From positions 1 through 26,205 of the IMG/VR virus record IMGVR_UViG_3300032290_000052: a stretch of DNA of 26,205 bases. One strand, given 5' to 3'. This stretch comes from a virus (lineage: Duplodnaviria > Caudoviricetes). The stretch's first letter is position 1; every line of letters begins with the position of its first letter. Both the position numbers and the translations under genes were made by a program. The notes under the pieces were generated by a model. That model was not told where the DNA came from, did not search any database, and was given only the letters and a program-made list of their open reading frames with translations. Below are positions 15,815-24,017 of this stretch, one piece after another.

Positions 15815-16150
15815 ATGAGCGCCGTTCAAAAACAACTTGTAGATTTAGGCGGTGAGATTACTCACCACTTTTCAGATGGCTTGTATGCCAAGGAATCGTT
15901 TGTTCCTTCCGGCACAGCTATCATGAAGCACACGCACAACTTTAGCCATTTATCTATTTTGGCCAAAGGGCGTGTTGCAGTCATGAAGGGTGAAGTGATT
16001 GAAATAATTGACGCGCCAGCGTGTATTGAGATTAAAGCAAACGTGATTCATGGTATTAAGGCCATGAGTGATTGTGTCTGGTTTTGTATCCATGCGACGG
16101 ATGAAAAAGACCCGTCAAAAGTGGATGACGTTTTAATTAGAGGGGATTGA
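15815..16150 (+). CDS. Cupin-fold protein (111 aa)
   Basis: HHFSDGLYAKE..VP.G....KHTHNFSHLSIL.KG and H.IKA..D.VW.CIH. Confidence 0.75.
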   Translation: MSAVQKQLVDLGGEITHHFSDGLYAKESFVPSGTAIMKHTHNFSHLSILAKGRVAVMKGEVIEIIDAPACIEIKANVIHGIKAMSDCVWFCIHATDEKDPSKVDDVLIRGD

Positions 16151-16151
16151 T

Positions 16152-17207
16152 ATGCCTTTAGGATGGATTGCAGCAGGGTCTAGTTTACTTGGTGGATATT
16201 TACAAGGCGAGGCCGCTAAAGATGCGGCAGCTACTTCAGCTAGAGCGCAAGAACGCGCTGCTAGGATTGCTGCCGAAGAGGCGCGCTTTCGTCCTATTGG
16301 AATGACAACCCGTTTCGGGTCTAGTCAATTCACTATGGATCCAACCACTGGCCGACTAAGCGCCGCTGGCTATACGGTTAGTCCAGAGCTAAAAGCGTAT
16401 CAAGACCGCTTGATGGCACTAAGTGGTGGCGCTTTAACTGATGCCGAAGCTGCTAGAGCGCAGTATCAACCATTAACTGGCGCAGCAACTAGCCTGTTTA
16501 ATTTGGGTGAGCAATACTTGGCGCAATCTCCTGAAGATGTTGCAGCTCAGTACATGCAGCGTCAACAGGATTTGTTAGCGCCAAGTCGTGAACGCCAATA
16601 TGCGCAACTGCAAAACCAACTATTCCAAACTGGTCGCGGCGGTTTGGCTGTTGGTGCAACTGGCGAGCGCCCAGGCGGTGGTGCTGGTCTTGGTGCAAGT
16701 AATCCTGAATTAGAGGCTTACTACAACGCATTGGCTCAACAAGACGCTGCATTAGCTGGCCAAGCACAACAAGCTGGTCAGCAACAGTTGGCGTTTGGCA
16801 CAGGATTGTTTGGTGAAGGCGCTGGATTGTTAGGCCGATATCAACAGGGGCAAATTGGCGCTCTGTCCCCATTTACAACGTACCTTGGCGGCGTCGGTAC
16901 TTTGGAAGAATTTGGCCAACAACCATTTAATTTGGGTGTGAATCTTGGCGGTAGAAATACCAACCCATCAGGCGCTCAAGCATTATTAACGGGTGGAATG
17001 GGGGCTGCGCAAACTATGCAACAGGCTAATTCCTATAGCCCATTTGGTACTGCGTTAATGGGCGGCGCTAATTCGCTCAATGCGTACCAAAATCAGCAAC
17101 GACAAGATGAGCGATTTAATCAAATATTGAATAGAAGTAATTTAAATGCGTGGCAAATTAACCAGCAAGAATATTCAAACCCCTATTCTGGCTACACCGG
17201 CCCTTAA
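16152..17207 (+). CDS. Putative DNA ejection/internal virion protein 1 (351 aa)
   Basis: Hydrophobic G/A N-terminus (LGWIAAGSSLLGG); Q/G/A-rich; no Cys; first of three ejection-type genes. Confidence 0.7.
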   Translation: MPLGWIAAGSSLLGGYLQGEAAKDAAATSARAQERAARIAAEEARFRPIGMTTRFGSSQFTMDPTTGRLSAAGYTVSPELKAYQDRLMALSGGALTDAEAARAQYQPLTGAATSLFNLGEQYLAQSPEDVAAQYMQRQQDLLAPSRERQYAQLQNQLFQTGRGGLAVGATGERPGGGAGLGASNPELEAYYNALAQQDAALAGQAQQAGQQQLAFGTGLFGEGAGLLGRYQQGQIGALSPFTTYLGGVGTLEEFGQQPFNLGVNLGGRNTNPSGAQALLTGGMGAAQTMQQANSYSPFGTALMGGANSLNAYQNQQRQDERFNQILNRSNLNAWQINQQEYSNPYSGYTGP

Positions 17208-17230
17208 TTAAAATATTTTGAGAGGTAATT

Positions 17231-18718
17231 ATGGCAAGCGAAATATTAGGGCTGTTTACATCGCCAGAAGACTATCAAATGAGGCAGCAACAAGCGCAGC
17301 AAAATCGTGCGCTTCAGTTTGCTCAACTTAGTCCATTTGAGAAAGCTAGCTATGGAATCTATCAAGGTGCTGGCCAGTTGGCTGGCGCAACCGCTGGATT
17401 GTTTGGTATGCAAGACCCACAGCTAAAATTAATTTCGCAGCGTCAGATGTTGTCCCAAGAAATTGATCCGTCTGACCCTGAGTCTATATTGCGTGTGGCT
17501 CGTAAAGCTGGACAAATGGGCGATCAACAATTTGCATTGACGCTATCGGATTATGGTCGTAAAGCACAAGTAGATATTGCTACCGCACAACAAAAAATGC
17601 GTGAAGGAAAAGCAGCTGCAACACCTCAAGCATTACAGATTGCTGGTGCTAAAGCTGAACTTATGGATCGCATAGAACAAATAAAACAGTTACCTGATTC
17701 GCCTGAAAAAACACGTGCATTAAGTATTGCAAACAATACGTTAAATAGTCTTCAAACAACCGCGCGCCAAGGTCAAATACCTGACTCAATTGAGATAGCG
17801 CGTGAGCTAGCGTTAGAGGCTGGCCCTGAAGGCTCTGACGCGTATACGACTAGATACCGTACAGAATTACGTACGCTTACAGACAAGAAAAACACAGATA
17901 AACAGTTAGAACAAGCACGTTTATTAGTTGAAGCCGGATATACGCCAGGATCAGCAGAATATATAGCTAAAATGCGTCAATTTGTAGAGTCTGAAATAAC
18001 TGGCCGCGGTAAAGGTAAAGGTACGCAAGTAGATATAGGCGGAATTCGCGTAGATACAGGTAAGGCTGGCGAAGCTGCCGGCAAAAAACTTGGGGAAGAA
18101 CTTATCGACGTTAAAGGTAAACAAGCGGCTATTGATAGCATACGAGATGCTAAAGCGTTGCTTGGCCCTAACGGCGAAGGTGTTTACGCTGGTGCTTATG
18201 GCCCAACTAAACAATTTGTCGCTAAATTTACTGGCGTTGGTAGCACAGAAAAAGCCGCTAGAACTGAAGAGTTTTTAGCTTACATTGGTGAAACGGTTGT
18301 ACCTCGTTTGAAAGAGTTTGGCGGTAACGATTCTGAGCAGGAGTTAGCGTACTTGAACAAGATTACCGGCGGCGACATTACTATGGAGCCAAAGGCGCTT
18401 GTACGTATCTTAGAGACCGCCGAGAAAAAAATTCAACGTGGTATAGAACGGTTACGTAAGCAAGCGGAAACTGGCGAAACTAAAAGGCCGCTAACATCAC
18501 TGTTACCGCGTGCCGGCGATAATACTAATCGTCCATCAGAGCCAGCTATGGTTATGCCCGCGCCGGCAGCTCCGCCAGCAGCAGCGGTAACGCCAGCAAC
18601 AGCGCCTAAAGCGCCAGCAGCAGCGCCTAAAACGCCAGCAGCTAAAGCGCCGTCTGGTACGCCAAAAGCAACTAAACGATGGAATCCTCAAACTCGTAAA
18701 TTAGAGGTGATTCGATGA
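17231..18718 (+). CDS. Putative DNA ejection/internal virion protein 2 (495 aa)
   Basis: GAGG RBS; helical, Cys-free; ILGLF N-terminus; P/A/K-rich linker near the C-terminus. Confidence 0.7.
   Translation: MASEILGLFTSPEDYQMRQQQAQQNRALQFAQLSPFEKASYGIYQGAGQLAGATAGLFGMQDPQLKLISQRQMLSQEIDPSDPESILRVARKAGQMGDQQFALTLSDYGRKAQVDIATAQQKMREGKAAATPQALQIAGAKAELMDRIEQIKQLPDSPEKTRALSIANNTLNSLQTTARQGQIPDSIEIARELALEAGPEGSDAYTTRYRTELRTLTDKKNTDKQLEQARLLVEAGYTPGSAEYIAKMRQFVESEITGRGKGKGTQVDIGGIRVDTGKAGEAAGKKLGEELIDVKGKQAAIDSIRDAKALLGPNGEGVYAGAYGPTKQFVAKFTGVGSTEKAARTEEFLAYIGETVVPRLKEFGGNDSEQELAYLNKITGGDITMEPKALVRILETAEKKIQRGIERLRKQAETGETKRPLTSLLPRAGDNTNRPSEPAMVMPAPAAPPAAAVTPATAPKAPAAAPKTPAAKAPSGTPKATKRWNPQTRKLEVIR
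18591..18642 (+). repeat. 21-bp tandem repeat (about 2.5 copies) encoding PA(T/A)APK(A/T)
   Basis: CGCCAGCAACAGCGCCTAAAG / CGCCAGCAGCAGCGCCTAAAA / CGCCAGCAGC. Confidence 0.8.
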
Positions 18719-20457
18719 CACAATACATTCAGTTTGGGGAAGATATTGTAGAATTTCCTGATGGAATGTCGGAAGCCGATATTGAATCGGCGTTATCTAT
18801 TGCATCTGGCGTAAATGAAGACCGCTCGATTCCACAAATGCCTTTTACTGGAGCAGTAGCGCCAGTAACGGCGCCCACATCTGGGTTTTTGATGGGCTTA
18901 AAAGATCCTATCAGCGGCGGCGCGCAATTAGCGCCTAGAGGATTGGCATACGCTACATCTTTAGGCGGCGCCATACCTAACTCTGTTAGCCGATTTTTTG
19001 ATGAAGAAGCGCGTAAAGTTGATGAAATGGTTCGCGCCGAACAAGCCGCATATATGGCTCAACGTCAAGCTCAAGGCGAAACTGGGTTTGATTTTGCACG
19101 TTTAGGCGGCAATATTCTTAGCCCAGCCAACCTTGCGCCTGGTGTATTTGCTACACGTTTGGCAGCGGTAAGAGGTGCTGGCCCAGCTATGCAAGCCGCC
19201 GCAGGCGGTGTTGCTGGCAGTCTTATGCAGCCAGCAACCGAAGAAGATTTTGCGGCTCAAAAATTAGAGCAAGCTACTTTAGGTGGAGCGTTTGGTGCGG
19301 GTGGGCAACAAGTAGCCGCCGGCGCTGGTCGCGTATTAAATCCGCTTGTATCTAAAGCTGAACAAACTATGCGCGATCTAGGCATAACCCCGACTATGGG
19401 GCAAGTGCTTGGAAAAGGCGCAAAATCTTTAGAGTCGTTTGCGCAATACATGCCAGTTATTGGCACAGCAATTCAAGACGCGCGTCAACGCACTGTATTC
19501 GATTTTAATAAAGGCGTAATCAATAAAGCGTTAGATCGTATAAATACTAAACTACCAGCCGATGTTATTGGCAGAGACGCTATTAAGTTTGCGTCAGATA
19601 CTGTATCTGATGAGTATGATAATGTTCTATCAAAGATAAACTTTGAGTTAGATTTCAATACTAGCAGCAACATACTCGGCGCCTTAAATAAAGCTAACCT
19701 ACTGTCGCCGCAACAACGCCAAGCCGCGATTGACTATGTAAATAATATCGCGCTTAGTAAGTTCTCTGGGCGTAAATTAACTGGCCAAGAATATAAAGCT
19801 ATTGAATCTGATTTGCGTAAAAAAGCGTCAGGTCTTTTATCTAGTACAACAGAAGCCGAACGTGAAGTAGGCGACGCATTGTTTGGTGTTCTTGGTGAGT
19901 TTAAAAAATCACTGTACAACCAAAATCAAAAACTAACCCCACAATTACGTAGAGTTGATTCGGCATATGCCGACATGAGCGTAATTAAATTAGCGGCTGC
20001 TAATTCGGGCGCCGAAAACGGTGTGTTTACACCTAAACAGTTTTCTACTGCGGTACGTCAAGGCGATAGAACTTTGCGTAAATCTGCGTTTGCTAAAGGC
20101 ACGGCTAGATCGCAACAAATATCTGACGCGGCTATGCAAATGCTTGAAGAAGATGCGGGCGCTACATTGGCGGGCCGTTATGCAGCCGGCGGCGCCGGAT
20201 TGTTTGGCCTTGCGGCGCGGCCTGAAATCGGGATACCAGCATTGCTTGGTGGCCGTGCGATGTACTCTGAATCTGGTCAAAAACTCATGAATGCGCTATT
20301 ACGTTCCCGCCCCGAAGCTATGCAACAAGCGGGCGGTATGTTAACTCGTGGCGCGCCTTATGTTGGTGGCGCTGTTGGGCCACAACCCGTGTACCAATAC
20401 AACGTGCAAGAGCGCAGTTTGCCGCCAGTAGAGGTTACTGCCGACCGCGAGGAGTAA
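18715..20457 (+). CDS. Putative DNA ejection/internal virion protein 3 (580 aa)
   Basis: N-terminal VEFPDGMS.ADIE.AL motif; G/A-rich hydrophobic stretches; GITPTMGQ; Cys-free; last tail-module gene. Confidence 0.7.
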   Translation: MTQYIQFGEDIVEFPDGMSEADIESALSIASGVNEDRSIPQMPFTGAVAPVTAPTSGFLMGLKDPISGGAQLAPRGLAYATSLGGAIPNSVSRFFDEEARKVDEMVRAEQAAYMAQRQAQGETGFDFARLGGNILSPANLAPGVFATRLAAVRGAGPAMQAAAGGVAGSLMQPATEEDFAAQKLEQATLGGAFGAGGQQVAAGAGRVLNPLVSKAEQTMRDLGITPTMGQVLGKGAKSLESFAQYMPVIGTAIQDARQRTVFDFNKGVINKALDRINTKLPADVIGRDAIKFASDTVSDEYDNVLSKINFELDFNTSSNILGALNKANLLSPQQRQAAIDYVNNIALSKFSGRKLTGQEYKAIESDLRKKASGLLSSTTEAEREVGDALFGVLGEFKKSLYNQNQKLTPQLRRVDSAYADMSVIKLAAANSGAENGVFTPKQFSTAVRQGDRTLRKSAFAKGTARSQQISDAAMQMLEEDAGATLAGRYAAGGAGLFGLAARPEIGIPALLGGRAMYSESGQKLMNALLRSRPEAMQQAGGMLTRGAPYVGGAVGPQPVYQYNVQERSLPPVEVTADREE

Positions 20458-21138
20458 ATGCCATTTGCGCTGATCGCAGCGGCTAACACGGCCATTGCGG
20501 CAGCAAAAGCCGGATGCAAACTTTATAAAGACATAAAGAACGCATCCGGCGACGTCAAAGAAGTATTGGACGATCTGAAATCGCAGTTTAGTAAAATTCA
20601 GCATCCGACGAATGAGCAAAAGCAACAATTTAATGAAGAAGTAAAAAAGGTTCAGCATGTAGCAAAGGCTGACCCTAACGATGCACTTGGCGAAGTTGGC
20701 GAGCATTTAGGTAAGTTTCTTGACGCATTTGACACGATTGAAAAACTGTTTTTACAGGAAGAACGTGATTCAAAAAAGGTTTACAAGGGCGAAGAATCTA
20801 TCGGTAGGCGCGCATTGCGGCGTGTGTTGATACGCAGTCGGCTAAACTCAATGTACGCCGACATCCGCACCGAAATGACGTTTAATGCACCGGCTGAGTT
20901 GGGCGATTTGTGGACTCGGTTTGAAAAAATGTGGGGCCAGATTCAAGAGGAACAACGAACGGCCAATGCTGAAGAACTGCGCGGGATACAAATGGCCGCA
21001 GCGAAGCGGAGACGAGTTATTAGAAAGCTCAAGGAAAATGCGACATGGTTTGGCGCGGTTCTGTTCGTGACCCTATGGTTAATAAGTCTCCTACTACTGA
21101 TAAGGACGAGCAAGACAATATCCCTTGGGTATTATTGA
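20458..21138 (+). CDS. Helical protein with amphipathic N-terminus and C-terminal TM (226 aa), head of the lysis cassette
   Basis: GAGGAG RBS; TM WFGAVLFVTLWLISLLLLI preceded by the basic KRRRVIRKLK. Confidence 0.8.
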   Translation: MPFALIAAANTAIAAAKAGCKLYKDIKNASGDVKEVLDDLKSQFSKIQHPTNEQKQQFNEEVKKVQHVAKADPNDALGEVGEHLGKFLDAFDTIEKLFLQEERDSKKVYKGEESIGRRALRRVLIRSRLNSMYADIRTEMTFNAPAELGDLWTRFEKMWGQIQEEQRTANAEELRGIQMAAAKRRRVIRKLKENATWFGAVLFVTLWLISLLLLIRTSKTISLGYY

Positions 21139-21338
21139 TTTGCTTAATCACGATGGTGCTAACGCTGGCTATTGCGCTGCCATTAGTTGGTTTGGCTATC
21201 ATGGACGCCAACAACGCAACCAATGCGGCGATTATTGAAGTTGATAGGATGCGCAGAATACGTAAATTGCTGATGCGTGAATTAGAGGAAAAAAATGCTA
21301 ACACTGAGCCAACTCAAGCAACTACTACCAAGGAATGA
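21075..21338 (+). CDS. Single-TM membrane protein (holin/antiholin candidate; start 21075 or 21045)
   Basis: Hydrophobic IPWVLLICLITMVLTLAIALPLVGLAIM; bridges the gap to the endolysin, overlapping both neighbours. Confidence 0.65.
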   Translation: MVNKSPTTDKDEQDNIPWVLLICLITMVLTLAIALPLVGLAIMDANNATNAAIIEVDRMRRIRKLLMRELEEKNANTEPTQATTTKE

Positions 21339-21930
21339 ATATGTCGAACATTGGCATAATGCTCTGTCTCAACTGCTTCCTGACTATGACATTAATACCG
21401 CTCATCGTATTGCTGCTTTTGTAGCGCAATGCAGCCATGAATCCGGTGGCTTTACGACGCTAAAAGAAAACCTGAAGTACAAACCCCAATCGCTTCGGCG
21501 ACTTTTCTCTAAATATTTTCCAGATGACGCTATCGCTAACCAGTATTGTGCGCGCCCTAACAAGCAAGAGGCTATCGCAAACCGTATTTACGCTAACCGC
21601 ATGGGCAATGGTGATGAGTCTAGCGGTGATGGCTACCGCTTTTGTGGCCGTGGTCTTATCCAGCTTACTGGTCGGTCAAACTATCAATCCTTTGCAGATT
21701 CTATTGAGGTGGATGGTCGCCCATTAAAAATCGACGAAGTGCCAGAATATTTGGCCACGTTTGAGGGCGCAGCGCAAAGCGCTTGCTGGTTTTGGGAAAC
21801 GAATAAGCTCAATCAATGGGCTGATGCTGGCGACATTCTTACATTAACTAAGCGCATTAACGGAGGCACCATTGGACTCGAAGACCGTAAAAAGCATTAT
21901 GAGCATGCTTTGCATGTGCTTGGTGCTTAG
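21295..21930 (+). CDS. Endolysin, glycoside hydrolase family 19
   Basis: AFVAQCSHESGGF, GDGYRFCGRGLIQLTGRSNY, SACWFW, TKRINGG..GLEDR; GAGG RBS. Confidence 0.93.
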   Translation: MLTLSQLKQLLPRNEYVEHWHNALSQLLPDYDINTAHRIAAFVAQCSHESGGFTTLKENLKYKPQSLRRLFSKYFPDDAIANQYCARPNKQEAIANRIYANRMGNGDESSGDGYRFCGRGLIQLTGRSNYQSFADSIEVDGRPLKIDEVPEYLATFEGAAQSACWFWETNKLNQWADAGDILTLTKRINGGTIGLEDRKKHYEHALHVLGA

Positions 21931-22066
21931 TGCTTGCCAAGATCGTTTTAGGTATCCTTGCCAAAATCCTGAAAATTGGGAAGCAAAAGAATGCAAGCCG
22001 CCCATTTGCACTGCAACTGGTACGTGCCCTGAAGATGTCACGCAACCCGAAAAGGTGACGAAATGA
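21872..22066 (+). CDS. Small cysteine-rich lipoprotein (64 aa)
   Basis: TTG start after GGAGG (alternative ATG 21899); lipobox LSAC; four more Cys in the mature part (YPCQ..ECKPPICTATGTCP). Confidence 0.7.
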   Translation: MDSKTVKSIMSMLCMCLVLSACQDRFRYPCQNPENWEAKECKPPICTATGTCPEDVTQPEKVTK

Positions 22067-22503
22067 ACGAAGAAAATCTCAATGCTTGGCTAAAGTTTGC
22101 CATCGGCATTTGTTTTTGCATGATCCTAATGATGATGGCGTCGCTGTCTATGTATAGCGTTGTGTTTGTCACGCAGCCAATGTCGGGCATGGCTCCAGCC
22201 GATAAGCAGTTTTTCTTACTGCTTTCTGACATGAGTAAGTACATACTTGGTGCATTAGCCACGTTGATTGCTGTCAAAGGCAAAGATCAGTTCGTGCCGC
22301 CAGGGTTGACTACCGCTAAAGAGCGCGAAGAGGCAATGAAGCCTACGCCGCCAACGCCGCCAACTACGCCGCCGTCAGCGCCTATGCCGCCGTCCAAGCG
22401 CGTGGAGCCAACGATTGAGCCAGTATCAGCAGCAGCGCCCGTTGTTTTAGGATTTAATGGCAAACCTGCCCCACCACCCGCAGCACAACCGGAGATTGAA
22501 TGA
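22063..22503 (+). CDS. Two-TM membrane protein with Pro-rich tail (holin candidate, 146 aa)
   Basis: FAIGICFCMILMMMASLSMYSVVFV and FFLLLSDMSKYILGALATLIAV; tail PTPPTPPTTPPSAPMPP; AAGGTG RBS. Confidence 0.7.
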   Translation: MNEENLNAWLKFAIGICFCMILMMMASLSMYSVVFVTQPMSGMAPADKQFFLLLSDMSKYILGALATLIAVKGKDQFVPPGLTTAKEREEAMKPTPPTPPTTPPSAPMPPSKRVEPTIEPVSAAAPVVLGFNGKPAPPPAAQPEIE

Positions 22504-22658
22504 TGCGCAACCTTTTTATGATGCTGTTGTTTGTTCCTTTGATGGCGTTTGCTGGCGGCGAGATGAAGAAAGTCTGTCATCAGGAAAAAGGTAAGGAAGT
22601 ATGTAAGACAATTAAGGTTCATAAGAAATTAGAAGGTACGAAAGTGCCGCCTAAATGA
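22500..22658 (+). CDS. Small secreted cationic two-Cys peptide (52 aa), absent from the ORF track
   Basis: MMRNLFMMLLFVPLMAFA|GGEMKKVCHQEKGKEVCKTIKVHKKLEGTKVPPK; GGAG RBS; ATGA overlaps at both ends; A-X-A signal peptidase site. Confidence 0.75.
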   Translation: MMRNLFMMLLFVPLMAFAGGEMKKVCHQEKGKEVCKTIKVHKKLEGTKVPPK

Positions 22659-23116
22659 ACCCGTATTTCATTGCTGGCAGTGTCCTAGCCGTAGTGTTTG
22701 CCTACGGCGCTGGGCATTGGCAGGGCGACGATGCTGGCCAGGCTAAAGTTCAGGCCAAATGGGATAAGGAAAAGGCCAAACAGATGGCCGAGTACGCCGA
22801 GAACATGCGTTTGGCCAGAGAGAAAGAGCAAGCGTTGCAGCAGGGCGCCGACCATCTACGTGAGGAGAAAGATCGTGAAATCCGCAACATTAACGCTCGC
22901 GCCACTGCTCTTGCTAACAGCTTGCGCGACCGGCCAGATCGCCCCACCACCGAAAGCGGTGCCGTGTCCGGTACCGCCGGCGCTTGTAGTGGAGCAACCG
23001 GAGCGCAACTGGCTAGGTCAGATGGAGAATTTCTTGCAGGGTACGCTGCCGACGCAGCCAGGCTTAAAGCCGCCCTCGACCAATGCGTCAAGCAGTACGA
23101 AACCCTAAGACGTTAA
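22655..23116 (+). CDS. Rz: Inner-membrane spanin (Rz-like)
   Basis: N-terminal TM, long coiled coil, C-terminal AADAARLKAALDQC; contains an embedded lipoprotein ORF. Confidence 0.85.
   Translation: MNPYFIAGSVLAVVFAYGAGHWQGDDAGQAKVQAKWDKEKAKQMAEYAENMRLAREKEQALQQGADHLREEKDREIRNINARATALANSLRDRPDRPTTESGAVSGTAGACSGATGAQLARSDGEFLAGYAADAARLKAALDQCVKQYETLRR
22875..23108 (+). CDS. Rz1: Outer-membrane spanin lipoprotein (Rz1-like, 77 aa), fully embedded in the Rz +1 frame
   Basis: GAGGAG (22862-22867) then GTG 22875; MKSATLTLAPLLLLTA|C lipobox; Pro-rich PPPKAVPCPVPPAL. Confidence 0.85.
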   Translation: MKSATLTLAPLLLLTACATGQIAPPPKAVPCPVPPALVVEQPERNWLGQMENFLQGTLPTQPGLKPPSTNASSSTKP

Positions 23117-23301
23117 TGATTGACGATCTGCTCAATACCTTGAGCGCATCGCATCCGAAACTCAGCCCATTTTTTTATAAACTTGGGGTCTTCCGATGGT
23201 GGCATCCAATCGTAATTGGCGCGCCATCGGATGGTGACATCGGTGGTTGATGGCGTATAAATGTAATGGTCGCCCATACTCATGTTATTACGTTTCTTCA
23301 T
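23113..23301 (-). CDS. Hypothetical protein (62 aa)
   Basis: GGAGG RBS before ATG 23301; YTPSTTDV..RW..W.PPSE. Confidence 0.65.
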   Translation of the reverse strand: MKKRNNMSMGDHYIYTPSTTDVTIRWRANYDWMPPSEDPKFIKKWAEFRMRCAQGIEQIVNH

Positions 23302-23536
23302 AGTTCCTCCGGTCTTCGTTTTTCCTTCGCGTAGCAACTTCTTTCTTTTTCATTAACGCAACCTCTTCTTTAGTATAAATAGGTTTTGGTTCTGGTGGCG
23401 GCAACGAAGCCAACCATACCTCGCCCGTATAAGCAGAAAAGCTGCATTTGTTGCATTTACGCAACCGCCTAACCCCGCCTAGCTGTTTTTGCGTCCATGT
23501 TACGTAGGTCTTAGTGCCGCACTCTTTACAGTTCAT
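23288..23536 (-). CDS. Zinc-ribbon protein (NrdR N-terminus-like pattern)
   Basis: MNCKECG..T.V..T......RRLRKCNKCSF...T.E. Confidence 0.7.
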   Translation of the reverse strand: MNCKECGTKTYVTWTQKQLGGVRRLRKCNKCSFSAYTGEVWLASLPPPEPKPIYTKEEVALMKKKEVATRRKNEDRRNYEET

Positions 23537-23724
23537 GAAGCAGCCTTTGCTAAAATTTCTTTACGCTCTCTGGCGTCACGTAGCGCGCAGTAGCGTTGAT
23601 GCAAACGATTTAGATAAGACGCTCTGCGATACGTATCCAATTCACTTTGCAGCAAAAGAAAAACTTGTTTTTCTGTAAGCGACGATAAGCGGGCATTTAA
23701 TTCAGCCCAGTGTGGTTTTTTCAT
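23533..23724 (-). CDS. Hypothetical protein (63 aa)
   Basis: Coupled ATGA overlaps; L.RLHQRY..LR..RER motif. Confidence 0.7.
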   Translation of the reverse strand: MKKPHWAELNARLSSLTEKQVFLLLQSELDTYRRASYLNRLHQRYCALRDARERKEILAKAAS

Positions 23725-24017
23725 GCCTTACCTTTCCAGTTAATAATTTCAACAGCTTTTAAATCATTTGTTTTTGCATCAAAGACCAATGAAAGGTTAG
23801 GGAATTTTGCGCCGACATCAATAAACAATTCACCGTTTAATATGTGCGCATTTAATTCAATTGCATAGTCTGGTTTAACGCGCAAACGGTATTCCGTTTC
23901 TTCATTCCATGATGGATTGTCGCTGTCTTCCCACACTTGATTACGCTTAGAGAATTTCTGAATCTTTGCGCCATCAGCCCATGCTTTGATTAATTTTGCG
24001 TGTTTGTGTTCAGTCAT
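23721..24017 (-). CDS. Hypothetical phage protein (HKHA.LIKAWADGA.IQ type)
   Basis: GGAGGAG RBS; HKHAKLIKAWADGAKIQ...W.....PSW.....YR. Confidence 0.75.
   Translation of the reverse strand: MTEHKHAKLIKAWADGAKIQKFSKRNQVWEDSDNPSWNEETEYRLRVKPDYAIELNAHILNGELFIDVGAKFPNLSLVFDAKTNDLKAVEIINWKGKA

Noticed and set aside
853-22622. Many antisense or alternate-frame ORFs (e.g. 14658..15224 -, 12869..13291 -, 8238..8609 -, 6926..7162 +, 22287..22622 -)
   Set aside because: They are shadows of strongly supported + strand genes, with compositions explained by codon bias in the real frame.
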